DNA of 64,000 nt from Gammaproteobacteria bacterium (GCA_965215365.1 CBDCDS010000003.1:160001-224000); one strand, 5' to 3'. Shown: positions 28,743 to 37,804, numbered from the stretch's first letter. The notes: generated by a model from the letters alone, not told the origin. Numbers and translations are program-made.

Positions 28743-30379
28743 TATCTTTTAACTCGGTAAGTTCCATTGACGGTTTTTTCGATGTTAAGTTGTTGAAGAT
28801 AGCGCGCCTCATCGAAATCGGTTGCACCTTTTAGAAACTGGTTGTGAATCGGAAGTGACTCCAGATCACCTCTTAGTATTTTGTGCGTGTTGAATATGCT
28901 TGAAAACACCCAATTCATAAAATCACTACTCAAAATATCCCCCAGCATCTTCGTTGAAACAGGGAAGGTTGCATCAGGAATCAATATATTTGCACTATTA
29001 AGGACAGCCCTCTGTTTGTCATCATAAAAGAAACACAGTTTCGATGAAATGAACTTGTAGATAAGCTTTTCCTTTGCCTCGTACATCGTCAGTGGTGCTA
29101 CTTGCTGGTACAGACGCATATCGGACGGGATGAAGCTGGTGGCATCCTTCAATTTTCCTTTTAGAATATCAGCGCCTTTATAAACTGGAATATGGCCGCT
29201 TTGAGGTGAAGACTTTACAAACTTTTTATTGTTGCCCGTAACAATACCCAAGCCCCACGATGCTTGATTCTTGAGCGTTGTGTATGGCACTGACAGCAGG
29301 TGTTGCAATGTTATTGCATCTTCGTCATCACAATACAAATTCAGTATCGACTTTGGATTGCATGAGAATGAGTCACTGAATCTTTTGAATCTGATGCCCT
29401 CAGCTTCGCATGAAATACTGGAACGAGGAGTGGAAGGGGTTTTCCCAAGAATGATGCCCTGTGCATTTGTTACAAGTCCCTTGAATACCTTTCCGTAGTC
29501 AATCAATCGTTCGATAGAAAGCTGAAGGGCTTTAATGCGCGCATCTTCAAAAGCAGCGATATTAAAAAAGGCCTCGGGCAAAAGTAATCCAAGCCTTCCA
29601 TTCACATTGAGGCAGCGCAGACAAGCAAAGAAAAACAGGGAACAAGTGTCTATGCTGGACCCTGCTCCCAGCCTCCAACCTAGGGCCTCTCTTGTTTGCC
29701 TGTCAATCTTCTTGCCCCATGGTGGATTTGTGTATATATGGTCAAAACAGGAGGTTTCTTTGCGTAACGACGTATCAAGGAAATCGGCAATCCTGATATT
29801 TTCACTTTTGTGGCCGGTTGTCTTATAGATTCTGGTTTTTGTTATTTCGACTGCAACCGGGTCAATATCATATCCATAAATATTTTCCGGCCTGAAACCC
29901 AACTCTATTGCGCGCATGATGAAATTTCCGGAACCACAGCACGGATCACAGAACGAGTTGTTCAGGACATCATTTTCCGGTGGCGCGAACAGATCGCGCA
30001 CAACCCCTTCCGGCGTATAGTAGATTCCTTCTTTGTTGCGATAGGAGTCAGATAAACTCGATTCATACTCCATACCAATTTTACCTGACGAACCGGCAGA
30101 TAAACTGATATCATTGAGAAACTTTGACACAGTTTTGTCGTGGTCATGCCAGTCTTTCAGTGACTTATTGGCCCGTTGGGTCAACTTTGCCTTGCCGGAC
30201 ATATCAGCCTTGAACTGCTCCAATGATTCAAGAGTGACCCTTCCTTTCCCCGCCGATTCCAGATATTTCGTCTTTATCCAATTACGAATCGTCGCAGTGG
30301 AAACACCCAGACGAATCGCTGATTCCTCAATAGCGATCGCCGGAGGATCAACTCCACCAAACAGATTGCATTGTTCCAA
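28742..30379 (-). CDS. N6-adenine DNA methyltransferase (gamma class, TaqI-like) with N-terminal HTH
   Basis: SAIRLGVSTATIRNW (HTH); GIYYTP, DPCCGSGNF (motif I), YTNPPW (motif IV); AT-rich relative to flanks. Confidence 0.9.
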   Translation of the reverse strand: MEQCNLFGGVDPPAIAIEESAIRLGVSTATIRNWIKTKYLESAGKGRVTLESLEQFKADMSGKAKLTQRANKSLKDWHDHDKTVSKFLNDISLSAGSSGKIGMEYESSLSDSYRNKEGIYYTPEGVVRDLFAPPENDVLNNSFCDPCCGSGNFIMRAIELGFRPENIYGYDIDPVAVEITKTRIYKTTGHKSENIRIADFLDTSLRKETSCFDHIYTNPPWGKKIDRQTREALGWRLGAGSSIDTCSLFFFACLRCLNVNGRLGLLLPEAFFNIAAFEDARIKALQLSIERLIDYGKVFKGLVTNAQGIILGKTPSTPRSSISCEAEGIRFKRFSDSFSCNPKSILNLYCDDEDAITLQHLLSVPYTTLKNQASWGLGIVTGNNKKFVKSSPQSGHIPVYKGADILKGKLKDATSFIPSDMRLYQQVAPLTMYEAKEKLIYKFISSKLCFFYDDKQRAVLNSANILIPDATFPVSTKMLGDILSSDFMNWVFSSIFNTHKILRGDLESLPIHNQFLKGATDFDEARYLQQLNIEKTVNGTYRVKR

Positions 30380-30391
30380 TTTTTCTACCTT

Positions 30392-30838
30392 TTATCGTTT
30401 TATGGGGTCAAATAACGGGTTGCGAGTCAACAGGGATGGGAAACGGCTGAAGTCCTTGTCCGCGGTGAATAACTCACTGACTCCGTGAGAGAGACAGATG
30501 GTGGCAATACGCGCATCATGAATCTCCGGGCCTCGGGCTCTGCCGTCCGTTATCAATGAGTCCAACCGCGCCAGGTGATCGGCGGCTTCACCTATCATGA
30601 CCAGAGACGGGGATGCAAGCCAGGCGCCTACCTGCTCAAGAGCCTGCGGCGCGGTAGAAGGCGGATCATAGATCCGGGGATGCGTTGCAATAGCTAGGAA
30701 TTCGTGGACGCACGGCCACGGTATTGCCCAAGCATGTTGTGCCTGGGCAAGACTTGTTACTACGTCTCTTGCGCGTTGATGCCATTCGCTGTCCTGCCGG
30801 TGTGCATAAACCAGTATATTTGTGTCAACGGCGATCAA
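30392..30838 (-). CDS. vapC: VapC / PIN-domain toxin
   Basis: TTG start overlapping the antitoxin stop; IAVDTNILVYAH, HEFLA, HDARIA, TADKDFSRF. Confidence 0.9.
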   Translation of the reverse strand: MIAVDTNILVYAHRQDSEWHQRARDVVTSLAQAQHAWAIPWPCVHEFLAIATHPRIYDPPSTAPQALEQVGAWLASPSLVMIGEAADHLARLDSLITDGRARGPEIHDARIATICLSHGVSELFTADKDFSRFPSLLTRNPLFDPIKR

Positions 30839-31080
30839 TTGCCGCGGTCCTCGTAGGCGGCGTGTCTGACAGATGCCCAAGGCTTGTCCCTGAATTCGGC
30901 CCGCAACCCGTTCCCGGCCACGCTCCTGTCTGCCAGACGGAACAATTCGGCCCGCTTGGCTTCCTGCAGGGCATAACGGAGGCCTTGTTCAACGAGCGCT
31001 CGAAAAGTAGTGCCGCGTTTCGCCGCAAGCGCCTTGGCTTCCAGCGCCAGCGCATCGGATAAATCAATGGTTGTCTTCAT
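30835..31080 (-). CDS. vapB: VapB family antitoxin
   Basis: MKTTIDLSDALALEAKALAAKRGTTFRALVEQGLR, RHH-type, coupled to vapC. Confidence 0.85.
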   Translation of the reverse strand: MKTTIDLSDALALEAKALAAKRGTTFRALVEQGLRYALQEAKRAELFRLADRSVAGNGLRAEFRDKPWASVRHAAYEDRGN

Positions 31081-31223
31081 GCTGTAAACCCATATCAGAT
31101 GATATGGGAGACCATATACTACATTGGATGGTCCTGTCAAGAGCATGTTCATGTTTTCTTTTTCTTGCCACCAGTGCCATATCGTCCGTATAATACACAC
31201 TCGGACAAATGTAAGGAATGCGC

Positions 31224-31502
31224 ATGCGTTTTGAATGGAATCGGGCAAAGAACGAGATCAATATCCGCAAGCACGGAATCGACTTTGCAGATGTAGGGGA
31301 GATGTTTGATCATCCGACATTGATCTTGCAGGATGTCCGTAAAGACTATGGAGAAGAGCGTTGGGTTGCCATTGGACAACTGCAATCGTTGCTATGCGTT
31401 GTTGTCTATACCGAACGCCCCGGTGATGTGCTGCGCGTTATTTCCGCCAGAAAGGCGACTCAATATGAAAGACAACGCTATGAAAAAAGGATCAAGAACT
31501 GA
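31224..31502 (+). CDS. brnT: BrnT family toxin
   Basis: MRFEWNRAKNEINIRKHGIDF...DYGEERWVAIG...VVYTER...RVISARKAT; SD AAGGA. Confidence 0.92.
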   Translation: MRFEWNRAKNEINIRKHGIDFADVGEMFDHPTLILQDVRKDYGEERWVAIGQLQSLLCVVVYTERPGDVLRVISARKATQYERQRYEKRIKN

Positions 31503-31610
31503 TTGGAAGCGGCTAAGGCAAATGAAGGATGAGACTATTGATACCGGCGATATTCCAGAACTGGATGATGAGTTCTTTCGACGGGCAGAAGTAAAGACCA
31601 TGCCCAAGCT
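31480..31610 (+). pseudogene. brnA: BrnA antitoxin N-terminal half (RHH C-terminus lost)
   Basis: MKKGSRTDWKRLRQMKDETIDTGDIPELDDEFFRRA followed by unrelated sequence; no TLRLD...YQT.IN segment. Confidence 0.7.
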
Positions 31611-31707
31611 CGCAGGCCCATGGGGCATCTTTGAAAAGTTGAGCAGTCTTCTGCATATCCGGTTTGATAATGAGGGAAAACCGGTCAGCAAATCATCCCC
31701 ACTCCCC

Positions 31708-33762
31708 TCAATACGCGAATCGGGCAATTCTGAAACCTAAGTCATTTCTGGCTGCGCTGTCGTAGTCGCGGTGGGACAGGCGTAGTTCGGTGACGGTGCT
31801 GTGGCGCCAGCTGGCGCCGCGGATGACATGGAGGTCGCCACGGTCCGGCCCCATGGGATTGAGTTCGGCTTTTTTGTCGGTACTGACTACTACGTCATAG
31901 ACATCGTTGACCCACTCTGCGACATTGCCGCCTAAGTCGAACAGGCCCTTGTCGTTGGCGGGGAAGCTGCCTACCGGCGCGCTGACGATGTGCCCGTCAT
32001 CGTACTCGCCGATGATACGCCCCAGCAGGGTGGCGGCCTTGCGGTCGGCGTAGTTGCCGCTGTTGGCTGCGGGCGGCATGGCGGCGCCCCAGGGGAACTT
32101 GAGGGTGGCGCCCGTGCCGGTGGTGCGCGCCGCCCAGGCCCACTCCGCCTCGGTGGGTAAACGGTAGCCGTCGGCGGTTTTGTCAAACCCGGTGATGTTA
32201 CCGTTTTCCTCAAGATAGAACGGCGCCAGGGACGCCTCTTTGCTCAACCAGTTGCAATACTGCGCGGCCTGCTCCCAGCTCAGGTTCACCGCCGGCTGGT
32301 TATCCCCGTTCAGGCTGTTGCCCTGTACACTGCCAGAGGAAAAATCCTTGCTGAACAAGCGGTACTCCCGGTTCGTGACTTCTTTCAGACTCAGGTAAAA
32401 CGGGCGTGTGAGTTGCACGTTGCGAATGGTTTCATTGGCCCGGCGTCCCGGTTCCCGGCGCGAGGCGCCCAGGGTGACCGGGCCCGGGTAAAACAGCTTG
32501 AGGCGTGGCCCGCCCGGCGCCTCAATGACTGGCTTGAGAGCTTCCAGCTTGGCTTGTTTGACGGTCTTTAAGGTCACATTCAACTGCTGTTCCACACCGG
32601 GCAGGGGGGTGAGTGCGGTCTTATAATCCACATAGCCCGGCTTGCGCACTTCGATGTTGTGGGCACGCGTGGATAAACGCAAGGCGCCATCGGTGACTGC
32701 GGCCAAGGCGCCGTCCACATACACTGCAGCGTCGGCCGGTTTGATCTTCACGGCCACGCGCACCCACTCAGGCTGTAAGTTGACGGACACTCTTTTCTGC
32801 TCGCCCGAACGCGCCTGCACCGACATGGAGGCAGGTTGGTAGCCCTGTTTGAACAGACGCACTTGCGCGGTTTCTCCCGGTGTCAAAGGAACCTCCAGCG
32901 GCGTCAACCCCAGGAAATTGCCGTTTAAGGTGGCATTCGCCCGCGCCGGGTCGGAAACCAGGAACAAGGTGGCATCCGCCGCTTCCAGCCTGATATCAGT
33001 CAGCTCCTGCGGCTCGCCGGCGACTACGGCAATCGTGTCCTGCCAGGCCTTATAGCCGTTCGCCCGCACCGTCAGCTCATGCCTGCCTTCCAATAATTCC
33101 ACCGTGAGCGGAGTTGTGCCAAGCAGGTCTGCGCCGCTGAACACCTGCGCCTGCGGCGGCGTCGATGCCAGCCTGAGCATCGCCCAGGCCGGTTTCAATG
33201 CAGCGCTGAAACGCTGTTCCCGATCCAGCCCTGCCAGCATGACCGTCGCACGCAACGGCAAATAGCGTTCTGCCTTGATCTCAACCCGATACTCGCCAGG
33301 TACAAGGTCGCTGAGCAGCAACGGCGTCTCCCCCCTGGCCACGTTATCTAAGAACACGGTCGCGCCGGTAACGGCGCCGGTGTCTATATGCAGGTGTCCG
33401 GGCAGTTGCTCCAGCCGGTAAACATAATGCTGTGCCGCGGCGTCGGTGACGACCAGGGTTTCCTGCAACGGCTGGTAGCCTACGGCAGTCAGCGTCAGGT
33501 CATAAGTCCCGGCGCGCACTAGGTAGCGCTTGCCCAGTTGCAGTTGTAATAGGCCGGAAATATCGATGTTGGCAGCGGGCGGTTCCGTTTCAATATACAC
33601 TGCCCTGGTGGTCAACATGAACCAGACACAGCCGGCCGCGCCGACGAGTAACGCGCCGAGCAGGCACAGGCGCAGGTTGATCCTGAGCGACCAACCGGAT
33701 TTTTTTGACGAAAGCGGCTCGAATTTTGCCGCGTCAATACGGGCATCGGCACTAACCCGCAT
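31708..33762 (-). CDS. Membrane-anchored PEGA-repeat + FGE-sulfatase (SUMF1-fold) protein; present start lies in the MITE end
   Basis: TM helix, several PEGA repeats (LGTTPL, GYKAW), C-terminal EVTN, RLPTEAEWAWAAR, GLFDLGGNVAEW, LGFRIAR. Confidence 0.9.
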   Translation of the reverse strand: MRVSADARIDAAKFEPLSSKKSGWSLRINLRLCLLGALLVGAAGCVWFMLTTRAVYIETEPPAANIDISGLLQLQLGKRYLVRAGTYDLTLTAVGYQPLQETLVVTDAAAQHYVYRLEQLPGHLHIDTGAVTGATVFLDNVARGETPLLLSDLVPGEYRVEIKAERYLPLRATVMLAGLDREQRFSAALKPAWAMLRLASTPPQAQVFSGADLLGTTPLTVELLEGRHELTVRANGYKAWQDTIAVVAGEPQELTDIRLEAADATLFLVSDPARANATLNGNFLGLTPLEVPLTPGETAQVRLFKQGYQPASMSVQARSGEQKRVSVNLQPEWVRVAVKIKPADAAVYVDGALAAVTDGALRLSTRAHNIEVRKPGYVDYKTALTPLPGVEQQLNVTLKTVKQAKLEALKPVIEAPGGPRLKLFYPGPVTLGASRREPGRRANETIRNVQLTRPFYLSLKEVTNREYRLFSKDFSSGSVQGNSLNGDNQPAVNLSWEQAAQYCNWLSKEASLAPFYLEENGNITGFDKTADGYRLPTEAEWAWAARTTGTGATLKFPWGAAMPPAANSGNYADRKAATLLGRIIGEYDDGHIVSAPVGSFPANDKGLFDLGGNVAEWVNDVYDVVVSTDKKAELNPMGPDRGDLHVIRGASWRHSTVTELRLSHRDYDSAARNDLGFRIARFAY

Positions 33763-33995
33763 ATCTCACCAAGTCGCTTGTTGCCTTGTGAAGCATGATT
33801 GCTCTCAATAAGTTATGATAATACTGCTGCTCTTTCCACCTGACACACTGCGCTTGATGCGCCCTCGCTGGTCTTGGTTCTGCCTGCGGGCACGTGCTTG
33901 TTCAACCATAGCTACCGCTATGGTTTCGGGCGCAGGCACCCGCAGGCAGAACCAATCCGGCGCGATCTTCGCATCACTTGGTGAGATATGCGGGC
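33755..33995 (-). mobile_element. Full-length 241-bp MITE family 1 copy (reverse orientation)
   Basis: TA-acccgcatatctcacc...ggtgagatatgcgggc; colinear with the tandem copies on the minus strand. Confidence 0.92.
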
Positions 33996-34012
33996 TGGGG
34001 TCAGTCATCAAC

Positions 34013-35629
34013 TCAGTCCCCCAATGCGATCTTTTCGCTGCTGCTGACCAGCACCGGCCCCATGGCTTTATCCGGGTCTATAAAAAACTCCACGCGCACA
34101 TCGCGATAGCCGTCGCGGTGGCCGACTGCCACGTAATGGCCGGGACGCAATGACAGCACTTTGTTGGTAAAAACGCCCAGCTCACCCACCTTGTAGAGGG
34201 TGACCCGGGTCAGGTTATCGGAGTGAAGTTCGACGGTGACCGGGGTGGCCGCCAGTGTGAGCAGGCGAGTGAGCTTGTCCAGTTGCGCGGACAATATCGG
34301 ACCGGGTTCGGGCAAGGCCAGGATGGCATTGAGAAAACCGGCTACGTCACTGTACACGGCCTCATCAAACAAGCGCTGCGGTTGCGCCAGTATTTGCTCC
34401 AGTCGGGTATGTATTTGCGCGCGCGAGGTGGCGCGCTGTTGCCCTTCCAAGGCATTGCCCAAGCTGCTGTTTAACTTCAAGGCCGCGTTATAAGAAGCGA
34501 TTGCGCCTTGCCAGTCTTCCTGCTGTTCCGCGTCTTGTGCCTGTTTCAGGGCCGCATTGACCTGCGTTGAGGTGAGGCGTTGCGTGGCCTGTTCAATGCC
34601 GTCACGCGCTGCGCGTGAGCGCGGCTTCAGCTTGAGCGCCTGACTGAATGCGGCCCGCGCCGGTTCGTGGCGTTCCTGTTCCAATAAGCGGAAGCCAGAG
34701 GACATGGCAAGATTGAAGGCGTTATCGTTGATGCGGGCTGTTGTCAGGTCCAGCTGTTGTCTGGCGCGCGTGGACTGAGCATCTACGTCCAGCGCCTGTT
34801 GATAGATGTCGCGGGCCCGTTCGGGTTTGTCGTCCCGCAACAAGGCATCGCCTTGCTCGAGCAGCGCCATGAGCCGGGGCAGGTTTTGCGTGCGCTCCAG
34901 GCCCAGCAGCGCCTCCCGGTCGATGGGGTCGATGGCCAGGGCGACCTTAAACGCAGCGGCGGCGGCATCAGCAGCGCCAGCGGCCAACGCCGCATTGCCG
35001 GCTGCCATACTGTCGGCAAACAATTGCTCGATACCCTCCAGTAATCCGTTCAGGAGGTCTAGGGCGGTGGCATAGTGGTCGTGCGCCTGGGCAAAATTCT
35101 GGCGGCTGTAGTCGGCGTCTCCCGCTTGCGCGTGTTCCAGCGCGCGCGCGTACTCCTTCTTGCCCCATAGGGTTACGCCTCGCTCCTCCAGGGTTTTCTG
35201 GGCATCCAGCAATTCCTGCAGCAACGCTTGGCTGTCTTTGCGCACCGAGAACTGTTGCGCTCTACTCCACGGGGTATCTGCCGTGGCGGGCGCACCTGCT
35301 GCCGGTGGCGGGGTTTGCCTTGTGGCTTGAGCCGCGCGCGGGGCGGCGACAACGGGTTTGCCGTGGCGCGCAGCGCTGCCGCTTTCGATAGTCGGGTTTT
35401 CGATAACCGGGGACGGCAGCCAGCGCGGGAATAACAGGAACATGACGCTCACGACGCACAACAGCGCGCCGCCGCCCAGCCATAACCATGGGCGCGCAAG
35501 CAACTGTCGGCCAGGAAAATGTGAGCCAGACGCACGCCCGCGTTTTGAGTCCTTGCCGCCGGCAGCAGCAGTCAGGTCAACCGCAGCCGGCTTTATCGGG
35601 ACAAAACCAGGCTCTGTACTTCCTGTCAT
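34013..35629 (-). CDS. Membrane-anchored TPR-repeat protein
   Basis: One TM, Pro/Ala linker, TPR-like repeats (AFKVALAIDP, YQQALDVDA, FSQALKLKP); C-terminal LRPGHYVAVGHRDGYRDVR. Confidence 0.82.
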   Translation of the reverse strand: MTGSTEPGFVPIKPAAVDLTAAAGGKDSKRGRASGSHFPGRQLLARPWLWLGGGALLCVVSVMFLLFPRWLPSPVIENPTIESGSAARHGKPVVAAPRAAQATRQTPPPAAGAPATADTPWSRAQQFSVRKDSQALLQELLDAQKTLEERGVTLWGKKEYARALEHAQAGDADYSRQNFAQAHDHYATALDLLNGLLEGIEQLFADSMAAGNAALAAGAADAAAAAFKVALAIDPIDREALLGLERTQNLPRLMALLEQGDALLRDDKPERARDIYQQALDVDAQSTRARQQLDLTTARINDNAFNLAMSSGFRLLEQERHEPARAAFSQALKLKPRSRAARDGIEQATQRLTSTQVNAALKQAQDAEQQEDWQGAIASYNAALKLNSSLGNALEGQQRATSRAQIHTRLEQILAQPQRLFDEAVYSDVAGFLNAILALPEPGPILSAQLDKLTRLLTLAATPVTVELHSDNLTRVTLYKVGELGVFTNKVLSLRPGHYVAVGHRDGYRDVRVEFFIDPDKAMGPVLVSSSEKIALGD

Positions 35630-36810
35630 TGTCCGGCATCAACGACAGTCCCGGTTTCCGTTGCATGGATCTCCTTGAGGATGCGGCGCCATTGGCCGTA
35701 TTGCTCATTGACTGTACCGGACAGAGTCACCGTGCGATCCTCCAGTTCTATGGAGTGTGGCTGTATTTCCGAATCCAGCGATGCGGAAATTTCTTCCAGC
35801 GCTTCGACATGGATTTTCGCTTCCTCACGCTTTTGCAGGCCGCTTTGTATTGCCGTAGCACCGGCGAGGATGCCGACCGCACCTGCCGTGTTTGCAGTCT
35901 CGCTGTCAACCCCTTGCGCCAAGATGCCGGCCAGCACTGCCAGCGTGCCGCCGATCAGACGGGCACTCGCCTGGGACTTGACCTCCCGCAACGCCTGACT
36001 CTCCAGGTAAAACGCCTCGCGCCACTCCCGGTACGGCGCCTCCATCTGATTGACAAACGAGGCATAGTACTGTTGCAAGGTATCGACAAAGATAGAGTCG
36101 CGCTCGCGGATCTGGCGCAGCTGCTGCATGGCCGGGTCGCCCGCCGCGGGCAGGCGCTTGATGGCGTAGCGCCCTTTCTCATCCGGCGCCAGATAATTGT
36201 GGAACAGTTCGGGCGAGAAGTCGCGGGCAAATTTCAGTTCGGCAACGGTGCGTATCGTCCTGATCTCCCCGGCGCTGAGCAGGCTGCGATAAGCCAGCAT
36301 ATCGTTCGCGATCCGGTTATAGATTTTCTGAAACGGTTCGCGCTTGTTGGCCGTGCGGTCATCGTAAGAATACTTGCCGGCCACTGCCGTGTATTTCTTG
36401 CTGAACCAGCGCTTGCCGGTGGCATCTTCCACGCTTATGCGTAACCACAGGTTTTCCCCGTCTGACTTGAGGATTTCCCCGTCCACCCACACGTCCATTT
36501 CACTGAGCCGGTCCGGTATCACCCGCACTACGCCCCAGTTACCGCTGTGTTGCAGGGTGTCCATCAGCTGGTACGGGACGAACCGGGCCTCTGCTGCGCG
36601 GATTTCCGGAAACACGCCTTCTTGCTCGGCACTGATGGCGTCGGTGCCGGGATTGAAGATGCCGACACCCACATCCAGCAACAGTTCTTCAGGCGTTGCC
36701 TGCGCCTCTAAGGTTACCTGCTCGTAGCTGGTGGTCTTTACCGTGGTGGTGTTACAACCGATCAGGCCGAAGCACAGCGCGACGACCACTGCAATCTGAT
36801 TTGTTCTCAT
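35626..36810 (-). CDS. Hypothetical lipoprotein with glycine-zipper-like segment
   Basis: Lipobox LIGC; GGTLAVLAGILAQG...AGAVGILAGATAI. Confidence 0.8.
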   Translation of the reverse strand: MRTNQIAVVVALCFGLIGCNTTTVKTTSYEQVTLEAQATPEELLLDVGVGIFNPGTDAISAEQEGVFPEIRAAEARFVPYQLMDTLQHSGNWGVVRVIPDRLSEMDVWVDGEILKSDGENLWLRISVEDATGKRWFSKKYTAVAGKYSYDDRTANKREPFQKIYNRIANDMLAYRSLLSAGEIRTIRTVAELKFARDFSPELFHNYLAPDEKGRYAIKRLPAAGDPAMQQLRQIRERDSIFVDTLQQYYASFVNQMEAPYREWREAFYLESQALREVKSQASARLIGGTLAVLAGILAQGVDSETANTAGAVGILAGATAIQSGLQKREEAKIHVEALEEISASLDSEIQPHSIELEDRTVTLSGTVNEQYGQWRRILKEIHATETGTVVDAGQ

Positions 36811-37700
36811 CTTGAATCTCGCTTGTACTTACGGTATTCATCCCACAATTTTTCCCTTAACTCGGGATCCTGCTCTTTCATGGCGGCCTCGCGCAACTGG
36901 CGCGCGATGATGTCGTCATCCCTGGCGTCAGCCAGGTCCGGCGGCACCTGACTGTGGCTGGGCGTTGAAATATTCCCTTCACCCTTGACCGCAATGGGGT
37001 CACTGTCAACCAGTGCGGTTTGCAGCGGCTCCCCGGCCGCCCCGCCGCTGGCGGCATCAGCCGCGGCCAGGGCCTCGTCTTCGCCATAGCCACCGCTGCC
37101 TTCCTGGTCGGCCCGTTCATTGTTGGCCTGCTGTTCGCTTAGCATCACCCGGTCAAATTCCGCAAAACCCTGTTGCAGTTGTGTACCCAGCGCCTGCTTC
37201 CGTTCCGCGTCGGTTGTTGCCGGACTGCCGGCGCCGGCGGACCCGGGCTCGGCGCCGGTCGCATCCTGCCCGGCGGCATCCGGCCGGCGCTCCAGCGCCT
37301 GCAAGGCTGCGGCTAGGATTTCGTCCTCGGTCTGTTCCCGCCCACCGGCGCCAGCGGCTGTTGCCCCGGGCGGCTGTGGCCGCCCACCGGTCGGCATCGG
37401 CGTCCGTGCGCCAGCGCCGCCGGCAGCCGTGGCCCCGGGTTGCGGCGTCGGCAGGGAGCTCGTACCCGGCGCCGGCGCACCTGGCGTAGCGCCCGCCGCC
37501 GGCGCCGAACCGGGAGCCGGCAAGCCGGGGAGGCCCGCCGCCGGCACCTGAACGGATGGTGCGGACGGAGCGGATGACCCCGTTGACGGCGCCCCCGGCA
37601 CGCTTGGCGCCCCGGAGGAACGAGTGACAGGCGTGGTGTTACAGCCGGCAACCAGCGCCAGAACAAACATTACGGCCATGAATGGTAATGTTTTTTTCAT
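36807..37700 (-). CDS. Pro/Ala/Gly-rich lipoprotein with helical C-terminus
   Basis: Lipobox LVAGC; low-complexity linker; DDDIIARQLREAAMKEQDPELREKLWDEYRKYK. Confidence 0.78.
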   Translation of the reverse strand: MKKTLPFMAVMFVLALVAGCNTTPVTRSSGAPSVPGAPSTGSSAPSAPSVQVPAAGLPGLPAPGSAPAAGATPGAPAPGTSSLPTPQPGATAAGGAGARTPMPTGGRPQPPGATAAGAGGREQTEDEILAAALQALERRPDAAGQDATGAEPGSAGAGSPATTDAERKQALGTQLQQGFAEFDRVMLSEQQANNERADQEGSGGYGEDEALAAADAASGGAAGEPLQTALVDSDPIAVKGEGNISTPSHSQVPPDLADARDDDIIARQLREAAMKEQDPELREKLWDEYRKYKRDSR

Positions 37701-37721
37701 AATGAACACCCTGATTACTTA

Positions 37722-37736
37722 GCCCGCATATCTCAC
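37722..37736 (+). repeat. Isolated terminal stub of MITE family 1
   Basis: TA-gcccgcatatctcac just upstream of the operon's first gene. Confidence 0.6.
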
Positions 37737-37804
37737 AGATGGTTTCTCTACCAAGGCCAATGATAAGACATTCACATGACGCTGACAATATCCACCGCCC
37801 CTTG

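Noticed and set aside
28226-31707. Islet as an integron cassette array or prophage
   Set aside because: No attC-like repeats between genes, no integrase and no phage genes recognised.
37240-37620. Pro/Ala/Gly-rich quasi-repeats
   Set aside because: Low-complexity linker of the lipoprotein, not a DNA repeat element.
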